DNA of 64,000 bases from Rudaea sp. (GCA_039935035.1 JBDTLA010000025.1:8272-72271), one strand, 5' to 3'. Counted from the first letter of the stretch, positions 39,342-51,526 are shown. Numbers and translations: made by a program. Notes: generated from the letters alone by a model not told the origin.

Positions 39342-40202
39342 TCAATATTTGGCGAAGAACAACACCGCCAGGCCGATGCCGATCAGGGCGGCCACACCAA
39401 TCAGCCACCAGATGTCATTACGTTGCGCTACCGGTTCCGGCGCGGGTGCTTGCGCTCCGGCACTCGGCTTGGGTATTGCACGCATGGTCTGGGTGATGCT
39501 GGCGACCGGCTCGGCGAATTCGGCGTTGTCAGCGGCTTGTCCGCGTTGCGGCAGTCCCGGCGCTTCTAGTAAAAACCGATCCTGGTCAAAACCAATTTGG
39601 TCGTCCGGGTACAAAACCGCGTCGCGCACTCTCACGCCGTTGACGCTGGTGCCGTTGGCCGAACCCAGATCGCGCAGATAAATGGCCTCGCCAACGACTT
39701 CGACGAGCGCATGCTTGCCTCCTGCCTGGTTTTCGTCGAGCACCAATCCGCAGTCGTTGCCGCTGCCGACCGTCAATTGACCGAATACCGGCACGATCTT
39801 GCCGAAATAATTTCCCGACACGCCGCGCAATACCAAACGCGCAGGCGCAGACGGATCGCTTGGATTTGTGCTGTTGTCTTTGGGCAATGGCGCTGGCACC
39901 TTCGTGCGAATGCTGTCGTCGCTGTCGGGTTTGAGTACGAATTGCACGGTATCGAGACTGACGACATCGCCCAAACGCAAAATCGCCTTGGCACGCACGG
40001 GCCGCGCATTGACATGGGTGCGGCCGTTGCTATCCAGCACATTGAGCACGACGCTGCGTTCGCTAACCACAAGATTCACGTGATGTGCGGCAATGCCAGG
40101 CACGTTCAATACGATCGCATTGTCCGCTGCGGCGCCAATCGCGTTATCGCCGTGTGCGACAAGCACATCGGCACTTTCATTGTTGGGAAAACTCAGGCGC
40201 AT
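39342..40202 (-). CDS. Tandem FHA-domain protein with a C-terminal TM anchor
   Basis: LRDLGSANGTSVNG and THVNARPV...LRLGDVV FHA patterns; hydrophobic C-terminal tail. Confidence 0.8.
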   Translation of the reverse strand: MRLSFPNNESADVLVAHGDNAIGAAADNAIVLNVPGIAAHHVNLVVSERSVVLNVLDSNGRTHVNARPVRAKAILRLGDVVSLDTVQFVLKPDSDDSIRTKVPAPLPKDNSTNPSDPSAPARLVLRGVSGNYFGKIVPVFGQLTVGSGNDCGLVLDENQAGGKHALVEVVGEAIYLRDLGSANGTSVNGVRVRDAVLYPDDQIGFDQDRFLLEAPGLPQRGQAADNAEFAEPVASITQTMRAIPKPSAGAQAPAPEPVAQRNDIWWLIGVAALIGIGLAVLFFAKY

Positions 40203-40443
40203 GCGTCAGGGCCGTCCGGTCACGCCAGCATCAATGTAGCACAGCGTGCACGCGACAAAGCCCATGCATCCAGGCGACTATCGATTTCAAAAAAAGGTGC
40301 CCCCATCGTTCCGCCTCCCCTGCCCGACCATCGCGACGCCATCATGCCGTTCTCACCCACGGCTACAAGGACGCTGGTGTTTGCGGCATCATAGCAAAGC
40401 CGCGCACCTTTTCGCTCATCACATCGACCATCAGGAAATTATC

Positions 40444-40719
40444 ATGGCCACCATCGATATTTGCCGCACTCATGGCTTTAGCATGACCCGTGCCAAGGCA
40501 GCCGTACAAAAGACTGCCAATTCGATCGGCCAGAGATTTGGGATCAACAGTCATTGGGACGGCGATGTCCTGCACTTCGAGCGTAGCGGCGTCAGTGGCC
40601 AGATACAGGTGAGCCCCGACCAAGTTCGAGTACAGGCGGAACTCGGCTTCCTGCTGGGCACGATGAAGCCCATGATAGAAAAGGAAATCTGCGAGCAACT
40701 CGACAAGAATTTCGCGTGA
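40444..40719 (+). CDS. Putative polyhydroxyalkanoic acid system protein (PHA_gran_rgn family)
   Basis: MATIDICRTH...WDGDVLHFERSGVSG...AELGFLL...IEKEI. Confidence 0.8.
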   Translation: MATIDICRTHGFSMTRAKAAVQKTANSIGQRFGINSHWDGDVLHFERSGVSGQIQVSPDQVRVQAELGFLLGTMKPMIEKEICEQLDKNFA

Positions 40720-40822
40720 GGCCACTCGCGCATATTCATGCTGCATTGCGGCGAAGCGACACCGGCGCGATAATCGACGTTCGCGGCGCAAGCATGCGCC
40801 AGTCAACTTCACGGAGAATCCC

Positions 40823-41998
40823 ATGACCTCATCCATTGTCATTGCCGGTGCCAAGCGCACGGCGATCGGTTCCATGCTCGGTCAGTTCACTGGTGTACCG
40901 GCAACCACACTTGGTGCCACCGCCATCGCCGCCGCGCTTGCACAATCCGGCGTCGCCCCGGCCGATGTCAGCGAAGTCATCATGGGCTGCGTGTTGCCTG
41001 CCAATCTGGGGCAGGCACCCGCACGCCAGGCCGCGATCGCCGCCGGGTTGCCGAAATCCACCGGCTGCACCACGATCAACAAGGTCTGTGGTTCCGGCAT
41101 GAAGGCGATCATGCTCGGCCATGATCTGATCAAGGCCGGTTCGGCGACGATCGTCGTCGCCGGCGGCATGGAATCGATGACCAATGCGCCGCACATGGTC
41201 GCGGCCCGCACCGGCATCCGCTACGGCGAGGCCAAACTGGTCGACCACATGGCATGGGACGGTTTGACCAATCCTTACGACGGCCAATCCATGGGTGTAT
41301 TCGCTGAGGCCTGCGCCGACAAATACAAATTCACGCGCGAAGAACAGGATGCGTTTACGATTGAATCTGTCAAACGCGCGCAAGCCGCGATTACCTCTGG
41401 CGCATTTGCCGACGAGATCGTTGCAGTCAAGGTGGCCGGACGCAAAGGTGACGTCGAATACGCCACCGACGAACAACCAGGCAAATCCGACCCCACGAAA
41501 ATTCCTACGCTGCGCGCAGCGTTTCGCAAGGACGGCACCGTAACTGCTGCCAGTTCCTCGAGTATTTCCGATGGTGCCGCAGCAACCGTTCTGTTGACCG
41601 AGGAAGACGCGAAAAAGCGCGGTCTCACTCCGCTTGCGCGCATCGTGGCCCATGCCACGCATTCGCAGGAACCCGAGTGGTTCACGACGGCTCCGATTGC
41701 CGCGATCCAACAGGTTTTGAAGGGTGCCGGCTGGAAAGTCGAGGACGTGGATTTATTTGAAATCAACGAAGCCTTCGCCGTCGTGGCGATGGCACCGATG
41801 CGGGAGCTGGGCATCAGTCGCGACAAGTTGAATGTCCACGGCGGTGCGTGTGCGCTGGGTCACCCGATCGGGGCTTCCGGCGCACGCCTGGTAGTTACGC
41901 TCATCAATGCGCTCAAGTCGCGTGGCGGCAAGCGCGGCGTGGCATCGCTGTGCATCGGCGGGGGCGAAGCCACCGCATTGGCAATCGAGTTGGTGTAA
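40823..41998 (+). CDS. Acetyl-CoA C-acetyltransferase (thiolase)
   Basis: NKVCGSGM, NEAFA, GHPIGASG, CIGGG. Confidence 0.95.
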   Translation: MTSSIVIAGAKRTAIGSMLGQFTGVPATTLGATAIAAALAQSGVAPADVSEVIMGCVLPANLGQAPARQAAIAAGLPKSTGCTTINKVCGSGMKAIMLGHDLIKAGSATIVVAGGMESMTNAPHMVAARTGIRYGEAKLVDHMAWDGLTNPYDGQSMGVFAEACADKYKFTREEQDAFTIESVKRAQAAITSGAFADEIVAVKVAGRKGDVEYATDEQPGKSDPTKIPTLRAAFRKDGTVTAASSSSISDGAAATVLLTEEDAKKRGLTPLARIVAHATHSQEPEWFTTAPIAAIQQVLKGAGWKVEDVDLFEINEAFAVVAMAPMRELGISRDKLNVHGGACALGHPIGASGARLVVTLINALKSRGGKRGVASLCIGGGEATALAIELV

Positions 41999-42084
41999 GC
42001 TCGGCCAGCCCGGCGGTCGCCTCCGCCGGTGAATGGACCGAATCGCAGGTTCAACTCGTCAACGCAGAATTTAGGGAGACATTT

Positions 42085-42462
42085 ATGCAATACAAACATT
42101 TCTTCATCGCCGCCGCACTGGCGGTGACTTTGGGCGCGTGCAGCCAGAATTCGCAAGAAGCTGCGCAAAATGCCGCTGCGAAAGCCAAGGAAGCCGCGGC
42201 TGCGACCAATGCAGCTGCACAGCAAACCGCCAACGCCGCCAAGCAAACCGCTGACGCTGCACAACAAGCCGCAGCTCAAGCCAAGGCTGGCGACATGAGT
42301 GGCGCAGCAACATCGGCAAATCAGGCCGCCAGCGCGGGTCAAGCAACGGCAGAAAGCGCCAAGCAAACGGCTGAAACCGCCAAGCAAGGTGCTACCGATG
42401 TCAAAGATGCCGCGAAGGCAGTCGAGCCAGAGCCGAAGAAGGATGACGGCACCGGTCATTGA
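42085..42462 (+). CDS. Small Ala/Gln-rich lipoprotein
   Basis: AGGGAG RBS; MQYKHFFIAAALAVTLGAC lipobox; helical AxQTA repeats. Confidence 0.8.
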   Translation: MQYKHFFIAAALAVTLGACSQNSQEAAQNAAAKAKEAAAATNAAAQQTANAAKQTADAAQQAAAQAKAGDMSGAATSANQAASAGQATAESAKQTAETAKQGATDVKDAAKAVEPEPKKDDGTGH

Positions 42463-42493
42463 TGTAATTCGCTCGTCACAAGTGTCAATCCAG

Positions 42494-42520
42494 CCGGCCG
42501 CCTTGCGGCCGGTTTGGTTT
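42494..42520 (+). terminator. Probable intrinsic terminator
   Basis: CCGGCCGC-CTT-GCGGCCGG stem followed by TTTGGTTT. Confidence 0.55.
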
Positions 42521-42585
42521 CTGCCGCCAGGATCGCGCGCTGGCGATCACTGGGCGAGTGTGGTTACATTCCACATTCGCCATGA

Positions 42586-44205
42586 ATGAGTGCACCGATG
42601 CCGATCATCGAATCACGGATCGACCCGCGATCGCCAGAATTCCAAGCAAACGAAGCGCAGATGCGCGGCGTCGTCGTCGATCTGAAAGTCCAACTTGCAC
42701 GCACCGCGCTCGGCGGTGGCGAAAAGGCGCGCGCCAAACATACCGGGCGCGGCAAACTCCTGCCGCGCGAACGCATCCGCGGGCTGCTCGATCCGGGTTC
42801 GCCGTTCCTCGAATTTTCGCCACTCGCCGCGCATGGCATGTACGACGACGCAGCGCCCGCAGCTGGGCTGATCTGCGGAATCGGTCGCGTACGCGGAATT
42901 GAAGTCGTGGTCGTGGCCAATGATGCGACGGTGAAAGGCGGCACGTACTTTCCGATGACGGTGAAGAAACATTTGCGCGCGCAGGAAATCGCACTGGAGA
43001 ATCGCCTGCCATGCGTTTACCTGGTCGATTCCGGCGGCGCTTTCCTGCCGCTCCAGGACGAAGTGTTTCCGGACAAGGAACACTTCGGACGCATCTTCTA
43101 CAATCAGGCGCGCCTGTCCGCGTTGAACATCCCGCAAATCGCGGTGGTCATGGGTTCGTGCACCGCTGGCGGCGCGTACGTGCCAGCCATGAGCGACGAA
43201 ACCATCATCGTCAAGGAACAAGGCACGATCTTTCTTGGCGGCCCGCCGCTGGTCAAAGCCGCGACCGGCGAAGTGGTCGATGCCGAATCGCTGGGTGGTG
43301 CCGATGTGCATACGGCGCAGTCCGGCGTAGCCGATCACTTTGCTGAAGACGACGCTCACGCATTGACCATTGCGCGCGATATCGTCGCGCATCTCAATCG
43401 CAGCAAGACCGTTCCGGTCGCCATTCAAGCGCCGATCGAGCCACGCTATCCGGCAGCTGAGCTGTATGGTGCAATTCCGCAAGATACGCGACACCCATTC
43501 GATATCCGTGAAATCATCGCGCGCATTGTCGACGACTCAGAATTGCAGGAATTCAAGGCACGCTACGGCAAGACGCTGGTCTGTGGTTTCAGCCATATTC
43601 ATGGCTACCCGGTCGGCATCGTTGCCAACAACGGCATCCTGTTTTCCGAATCGGCGCTCAAAGGCGCGCATTTCATCGAACTGTGTAACCAGCGCAATAT
43701 TCCCTTGGTGTTCCTGCAAAACATAACCGGCTTCATGGTTGGCAAGAAATACGAACAAGCCGGTATCGCCAAGGATGGCGCCAAGATGGTCACTGCCGTG
43801 GCGTGCTCGCACGTGCCCAAATTCACCGTAGTCGTCGGCGGCAGCTTCGGCGCCGGCAATTACGCCATGTGCGGGCGCGGTTATCAGCCACGCTTTTTGT
43901 GGATGTGGCCGAACGCGCGAATCTCGGTAATGGGCGGCGAACAGGCCGCCTCAGTGCTGGCCACCGTCAAACGCGATGGGCTCGAAGCGGCCGGCAAGTC
44001 ATGGAGTGCCGACGAGGAAGAACAATTCAAGGCGCCGATTCGCGAGCAGTACGAGCACCAGGGACATCCCTATTACGCCAGCGCACGGCTATGGGATGAC
44101 GGCATCATCGATCCGGTGGATACCCGCCGCGTTCTCGGGCTGGCGATTTCAGCGTCGTTGAACGCGCCAATTGAACCGCAGCGCTACGGCGTTTTCCGCA
44201 TGTAG
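42586..44205 (+). CDS. liuB: 3-methylcrotonyl-CoA carboxylase beta (carboxyltransferase) subunit
   Basis: [51 protein letters not shown], and the YGVFRM ending. Confidence 0.93.
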   Translation: MSAPMPIIESRIDPRSPEFQANEAQMRGVVVDLKVQLARTALGGGEKARAKHTGRGKLLPRERIRGLLDPGSPFLEFSPLAAHGMYDDAAPAAGLICGIGRVRGIEVVVVANDATVKGGTYFPMTVKKHLRAQEIALENRLPCVYLVDSGGAFLPLQDEVFPDKEHFGRIFYNQARLSALNIPQIAVVMGSCTAGGAYVPAMSDETIIVKEQGTIFLGGPPLVKAATGEVVDAESLGGADVHTAQSGVADHFAEDDAHALTIARDIVAHLNRSKTVPVAIQAPIEPRYPAAELYGAIPQDTRHPFDIREIIARIVDDSELQEFKARYGKTLVCGFSHIHGYPVGIVANNGILFSESALKGAHFIELCNQRNIPLVFLQNITGFMVGKKYEQAGIAKDGAKMVTAVACSHVPKFTVVVGGSFGAGNYAMCGRGYQPRFLWMWPNARISVMGGEQAASVLATVKRDGLEAAGKSWSADEEEQFKAPIREQYEHQGHPYYASARLWDDGIIDPVDTRRVLGLAISASLNAPIEPQRYGVFRM

Positions 44206-44225
44206 CGCAAGCGTTGAAGCCGCGT

Positions 44226-45086
44226 TCAATGCGCGGCCGGGACTCCGATCATTGGCGCCGCATCAGATTGAGTATTCGCCGCAGCCGGTTTTGCAACGTG
44301 ACCAAACACGCGCATTCCGACTACCAGCAAAATCACGACGGTTGCATAAAACACAAGTTGAATGCCCGACGGCGTCGCCTCATAGCCAACCAGGATATGC
44401 AGCATCTTGCCGACCACGGAACCGTTGGACAGCAGCCACGAACTGTTCCATATCTGGCTACCCAACTCCGGCAGGATATTGGCCTGTACCAGATAGCGCG
44501 CGGCCGTCGAAGACAAGCCGGCCGCGAGCAGCACCAGCATCCAGTTGGTGGCCGTGAAGAAATAGCGGATTGGAATGCGCAGCAAGCCGAAATACAGCGC
44601 GAAACCAACCGCAGTCCCGGAGGCGATCCCCAATGCCAAGCCGTTCACCAGACCATTCGCGCCGCCGACCTTCATGCCGGTAAGAAACAACACGATTTCC
44701 GAACCTTCGCGCAACACCGCCAGTGCAACGACGGCCAAAAGCATGGTCAATGAGCTGGCACCAGCCTGAACCGCGCCGCCCATGGCTTTCATCTGATGCG
44801 CCATTTCGCGTCCGTGACTGGACATCCACACGACGTGCCAACCAATCATCAATACGGCCGCCAGCAATACGCCCGCATTGAACAATTCCTGGCCGATACC
44901 ACTGACCGCGTTCGAAATCGCTACAGCAAACCGCGCCACGATGATGGCACCGAGAACACCCAAGGCAATGCCGCCACCGATGAACCAACCGCGTCGTGCG
45001 ACACCACGTGTCGCCGCGGCAACGATCGTGACGATCAGCGCAGCTTCAAGGACTTCGCGAAATACGAGTAGTGAAATGCCCCACAT
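44226..45086 (-). CDS. FTR1-family high-affinity iron permease
   Basis: Two RExxE motifs (REVLE and REGSE) in a multi-TM protein. Confidence 0.9.
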   Translation of the reverse strand: MWGISLLVFREVLEAALIVTIVAAATRGVARRGWFIGGGIALGVLGAIIVARFAVAISNAVSGIGQELFNAGVLLAAVLMIGWHVVWMSSHGREMAHQMKAMGGAVQAGASSLTMLLAVVALAVLREGSEIVLFLTGMKVGGANGLVNGLALGIASGTAVGFALYFGLLRIPIRYFFTATNWMLVLLAAGLSSTAARYLVQANILPELGSQIWNSSWLLSNGSVVGKMLHILVGYEATPSGIQLVFYATVVILLVVGMRVFGHVAKPAAANTQSDAAPMIGVPAAH

Positions 45087-45089
45087 GGT

Positions 45090-45437
45090 TTACTCCACCA
45101 GCAGTGTGCCTTGGGCCGTTTCCTGATGGAAATCGCCGAAGAACTTGTAGGTTCCGGCTTTCAGCGGCCCGATGAAAACCGTGATGTTGCTGTTCGGCAT
45201 CACGATCTTTTCGCGATTGAAATCGGTGCTTTCGAATTCTTCCGGGGTCGGGTCCTGATTGGCCACAATTACCTTGAACTGGACCCCGGCCGGAACCTTC
45301 AATTGGGTCGGTGTGAAGCGATGATCCTTGATTGCCAGATTGAAGACCGGAACGTCGGCTGCCTGCCCCAATCCGGCCACTGCCAATAACGCACCAACCG
45401 CCACCAAACGCATCACGAGTTTTCTGGGCATATTCAT
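45090..45437 (-). CDS. Periplasmic cupredoxin-like protein (FtrB/EfeO N-domain-like)
   Basis: Signal peptide; FTPTQLKVPAG, PEEFES...REK, GPLKAGTYKFFGDFH. Confidence 0.85.
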   Translation of the reverse strand: MNMPRKLVMRLVAVGALLAVAGLGQAADVPVFNLAIKDHRFTPTQLKVPAGVQFKVIVANQDPTPEEFESTDFNREKIVMPNSNITVFIGPLKAGTYKFFGDFHQETAQGTLLVE

Positions 45438-45440
45438 GTC

Positions 45441-45465
45441 GCAAATGATAATGGTTCGTATTTGC
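45441..45465. promoter_or_regulatory. Probable Fur box
   Basis: The dyad GCAAATGATAATGGTTCGTATTTGC contains a perfect TGATAAT half-site and sits directly upstream of the cupredoxin-FTR1 pair. Confidence 0.65.
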
Positions 45466-45589
45466 CAATGCAAGCTATCACCGACGGCCACGCCGGCGCT
45501 GGGGCTTGGGGTAGTCCCGGTATCCACGGTTATCGCCGGGCAACACAACCCGTTATGATCGCAGTCAGTCCGCAACCAGCCTGATCCAC

Positions 45590-46381
45590 ATGCCCGAATC
45601 CCTCGAAATCACCGTCGATCGACACATTGCGCGCATCGCCTTGAATCGCCCACAGGTTCACAACGCGTTCGACGACGCAGTGATCACCGAGCTGACGACT
45701 GCACTTGCGAAGTTCGATGCCGACCCTGGCTTGCGCGCGGTCATCCTGACCGGCAACGGCAGCACGTTTTCCGCCGGTGCCGACCTGAACTGGATGCGCG
45801 GCATGGCCAGCGCGTCGGAAGCTGAAAACCGCGCAGACTCTGAACGCCTCGCCGCGCTCATGCGCAGCCTGAATTTTCTGTCCAAGCCGACCATTGCGCG
45901 AATCAACGGCTCGGCCTACGGTGGCGGGGTCGGTCTGGTTGCCTGCTGCGACATCGCCATCGCCACGGATTCTGCCAAGTTCGGCCTGACCGAAGTAAAA
46001 CTGGGCCTGGTTCCGGCGGTGATATCGCAATACGTCATCGCCGCGATCGGTGGGCGGCATGCACGACGTTTATTTGTCAGTGGCGAAATCTTCGACGCTG
46101 CCGAAGCTGCGCGCATCGGTCTGATCCATCAAACCGTAGCTGCCGCGCAATTGGACGAGGCACTGGACCGCAACCTGCACTGGCTGCTCAAGGGTGGGCC
46201 CAGCGCCCAGCGCGAGGCCAAGCTGCTAGCACTGCGCTGCGCCGGCACGACGCGCGAATCCGCCGAACGTATCGATGCCGAAAACGCCGCACTGATCGCG
46301 CGCCTGCGCGTCTCCGATGAAGGTCAGGAAGGCCTCGCGGCGTTTCTCGACAAGCGCGGCGCAATATGGATCAATCAATGA
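45590..46381 (+). CDS. liuC: Methylglutaconyl-CoA hydratase (enoyl-CoA hydratase family)
   Basis: LNRPQVHNAF, FSAGADLNWM, YGGGVGLVACCD, TEVKLGLVPAVI; liu gene context. Confidence 0.85.
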   Translation: MPESLEITVDRHIARIALNRPQVHNAFDDAVITELTTALAKFDADPGLRAVILTGNGSTFSAGADLNWMRGMASASEAENRADSERLAALMRSLNFLSKPTIARINGSAYGGGVGLVACCDIAIATDSAKFGLTEVKLGLVPAVISQYVIAAIGGRHARRLFVSGEIFDAAEAARIGLIHQTVAAAQLDEALDRNLHWLLKGGPSAQREAKLLALRCAGTTRESAERIDAENAALIARLRVSDEGQEGLAAFLDKRGAIWINQ

Positions 46382-46429
46382 ATCCGCGCGCGCCCTGCGC
46401 CACCAATTTGCCAATTTAAGGCCTAACGA

Positions 46430-48435
<2,006 letters not shown>

Positions 48436-48439
<4 letters not shown>

Positions 48440-49104
48440 AAATGCCGATAGCCGCGTTCAGCAAGTGCGTGCCAGTTGCACTGATGCTGGCGGCCTGCGC
48501 CGCAATCTGCGCGTGCACTGAGACCCGATTTGCGTCGCCACCCGGCACCCATCTCGAAAACTGCGATGCGCGCTGGAAAGGATTGTGGCTGCCAAAGGCA
48601 GAAGCGGATAGCGGAAGCGCATTCTTCATCGACGATGCGTGTCGATTTAGCGTGCTCGACCAGCCGAAGAATGGCAATCCGATGAAGCGAACAGGCGTGA
48701 AATTGAACTACGTTCATGCCGGCGGCAAAGACTATCTCGTCGTTGCCGACGGTGCCTTGAAGGGGCTGGTCGACATCAGGCCGGTGTACGGCATCGATCC
48801 AGCGCCCGCGCATGCCTACTTCTTCGCCCGCTACATGGCGACAAAAGATCGCATCGACGTCTACAGCGTGGACAGCGAACACGTCGCGAGCCAAATCGTG
48901 GCAGAGAAACTGGACGGCACCGTCAGCAAGACACACAATGAGCTGCATGTATTTGTAGCCGGAGATTCTGCGCACATGCTGGAAATCCTGCGCGACGACT
49001 CCATCTTCTCCAGCAAACCCAATATCGAACTGGAGCGCTCGAACATGACGGTCGGCGAATTCGAGCGCCGCGCCAGAAAATCCCTCGGCGACAAGAAATC
49101 ATGA
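48436..49104 (+). CDS. Hypothetical exported protein, probably a lipoprotein
   Basis: Hydrophobic leader with LAAC/ICAC Cys sites; ATGA overlaps at both ends; beta-rich mature sequence. Confidence 0.7.
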
Positions 49105-49997
49105 CCAATCTGCCCTCCAGCGTTCGTATCGTCGAAGTCGGCGCGCGCGATGGCCTGCAGAATGAAAAGACGATCGTTTCGGCTGCAACCAAGGTTGAAT
49201 TGATCAATCGGCTTTCCGCCTGCCGTCTGAAAACCATCGAGGCGACGAGTTTCGTCAGCCCAAAATGGGTACCGCAACTGGCCGATGCGACCGAAGTCTT
49301 TACCGCGATCAAGAAATTGCCCGGCGTGCGATATCCGGTGCTGGTACCGAATCTGCGCGGCTACGAACGAGCCCGCGCTGCAGGCGCTACGGAAATCGCC
49401 GTATTCACCGCGGCCAGCGAAGCGTTCAGTCAAAAGAACATCAACGCCTCGATCGATGAATCGATCGAACGCTTCTTGCCTGTGCTGGAACGCGCAAAAT
49501 CCGACGAGGTTGCGGTTCGCGGTTATGTCTCCACTGTGCTCGGTTGCCCCTACCAGGGCGAGGTACCGATTAGCGATGTCGTACGTGTCGCCAAGCGCCT
49601 GTACGACTTGGGTTGCTATGAAATTTCGCTCGGCGACACCATCGGTATTGGTACGCCGGCAAAGGCGCGCGAAATGTTGCGGTCAGTCTCGGGCGAAATC
49701 CCGATTTCTGCCCTCGCCGTGCATTTCCACGACACGCGTGGACAGGCCCTGGCAAACATACTGGCGTGCCTTGAACTGGGCGTCGCGGTCGTCGATTCTT
49801 CGGTATCCGGCGTCGGTGGTTGCCCATACGCGCGTGGCGCGAGCGGGAACGTCGCCACAGAGGATGTCGCTTACATGTTGCAAGGCATGTGCATCGTCAC
49901 GGGCATTGATCTGGATCGGCTGATCGAAACCGGGCGCTGGTTGAGCGAGCAACTCGGGCGCACCAACGGCAGCAAGGTCGGCGTTGCAGCAGCTTGA
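49101..49997 (+). CDS. liuE: Hydroxymethylglutaryl-CoA lyase
   Basis: EVGARDGLQNE, SFVSPKWVPQ, SLGDTIG, HFHDTRGQA, GGCPYA, GNVATED. Confidence 0.94.
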   Translation: MTNLPSSVRIVEVGARDGLQNEKTIVSAATKVELINRLSACRLKTIEATSFVSPKWVPQLADATEVFTAIKKLPGVRYPVLVPNLRGYERARAAGATEIAVFTAASEAFSQKNINASIDESIERFLPVLERAKSDEVAVRGYVSTVLGCPYQGEVPISDVVRVAKRLYDLGCYEISLGDTIGIGTPAKAREMLRSVSGEIPISALAVHFHDTRGQALANILACLELGVAVVDSSVSGVGGCPYARGASGNVATEDVAYMLQGMCIVTGIDLDRLIETGRWLSEQLGRTNGSKVGVAAA

Positions 49998-50213
49998 ATC
50001 GTGATGCCGTTGTAGCTTGAATCACGAAGGCCACAAAGAGAAGAACAAAGCGAGATCCGCAATGAGCGCAGAATCCGCACAATGGGGCATTGTTGAGGCT
50101 TTCGATGTCTTGCTTCTCCTTTGTGTCGTATGTGCCCTTTGTCTCCATCTTGGTGAAATCTTTCGCTTCGCATCTCATGCCATACAGCATCCGTCATAGC
50201 CAGATGATCGAAC

Positions 50214-51023
50214 ATGCCTGCCCGACTCGCACCCGATAAATCCCGCGGTTATCTGATACCGATGGGCGTAGCCCTCCGTGGTGCTGGCGAAACCGGTATC
50301 TTCAAGCGTCTCGTTGCCTTGCTCGGATCGCACAGCGTCATCGCGATGATTGATGCGAGCGGTGCAGACGATCCCGCGCCGGATGAACTCGAAACGCGTC
50401 TCTACGCAGACGGCGCGCAACAAGTCCAGCGCATTGCTTTGAGTCGACGCGACGATAGCGAACGCCAAGCAGCGTTGGCTATCGTCGAACAATCTGATCT
50501 GGTGGTGTTGTATGCCGATCAACCGCTGCGCCTTTCGACCTTGCTTGGTGGCACCACACTGGCACGACTGCTGCGTCGGCGGAACGCCGAAGGCATGGCC
50601 GTCGGCGGCATCGGCGCAGGTGCGCCCATTCTTGCCGAGCACATGCTCGCTGGCGGTGTAGCTGGCCCGACCCCGCGCATGGGAAACGTGACGCTCGCGC
50701 CGGGACTTGGCCTGTCAAATCGAATGGTGATCGACCAGGGTGGTGCCAGCGCCGATCGTCTCGGTCGCCTGCTTGGCGCGCTGGCATTGAATCCGTTCGC
50801 GCTCGGTATCGGAATTGACGCGGACACGGCCGCGTTCATCGGCCCGGACAACGTGATGGATGTGGCCGGGCTGGGTGGCATCACCGTGATCGATCCGGCC
50901 GACGTGGGTCATTCGAATGTTGCCGATGCCGATCCCTGCGCGCCGATCAGCATTACCAACTTGCGCGTGCATGTGCTGGTCCACGGTGCCCGCTACGACC
51001 TGGATTTTCGCCGCCTGCTATGA
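50214..51023 (+). CDS. Cyanophycinase-like (peptidase S51) protein, predicted catalytically inactive
   Basis: LRLSTLLGGT, APGLGL, DRLGRLL, NPFALGIGID and LRVHVL match the CphB scaffold. Catalytic motifs are altered (GIGAG, DQGG, DADT). Confidence 0.8.
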   Translation: MPARLAPDKSRGYLIPMGVALRGAGETGIFKRLVALLGSHSVIAMIDASGADDPAPDELETRLYADGAQQVQRIALSRRDDSERQAALAIVEQSDLVVLYADQPLRLSTLLGGTTLARLLRRRNAEGMAVGGIGAGAPILAEHMLAGGVAGPTPRMGNVTLAPGLGLSNRMVIDQGGASADRLGRLLGALALNPFALGIGIDADTAAFIGPDNVMDVAGLGGITVIDPADVGHSNVADADPCAPISITNLRVHVLVHGARYDLDFRRLL

Positions 51024-51526
51024 CGTCTAACCATCCGATGACTGATGCGACATTTACCCTGCGGCGACTTCTGCGTTCTGACAACGAAGCAATCGCCGCG
51101 ATCATTCGCAGCGTCATGCCGGAATTCGGCGCCGATGGTCCGGGCTTCGCCATTCATGATGCGGAAGTCGACGACATGGCTGGTGCTTATGCAGCCGCAG
51201 GTTGCGCTTATTTCGTGGTCGATCAAAATGCCCGCGTCTGCGGTGGTGGCGGCATTGCACCTCTTGACGGCCATCCAGGTGTGTGCGAATTGCGCAAAAT
51301 GTACTTTTTGCCTGAGTTGCGAGGACGCGGCGCAGGGACCGCGCTGATGCAACAATGCCTGGCTCTCGCGCGTGACCGTGGCTACCAGCGCTGCTACCTC
51401 GAAACGCTGTCCGGTATGGACGCAGCCCAACGCTTATACGAACGACATGGCTTCGGGCGCATTGAATCAGCGCTTGGCAACACCGGACATTTCGGCTGCA
51501 ACCGGTTCTACCTGCGCGAACTTTGA
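51020..51526 (+). CDS. GNAT N-acetyltransferase (YjgM-like)
   Basis: CELRKMYFLPELRGRGAG, YLET, AQRLYERHGF, GNTGHFGC. ATGA overlap with the upstream gene. Confidence 0.88.
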   Translation: MTSNHPMTDATFTLRRLLRSDNEAIAAIIRSVMPEFGADGPGFAIHDAEVDDMAGAYAAAGCAYFVVDQNARVCGGGGIAPLDGHPGVCELRKMYFLPELRGRGAGTALMQQCLALARDRGYQRCYLETLSGMDAAQRLYERHGFGRIESALGNTGHFGCNRFYLREL

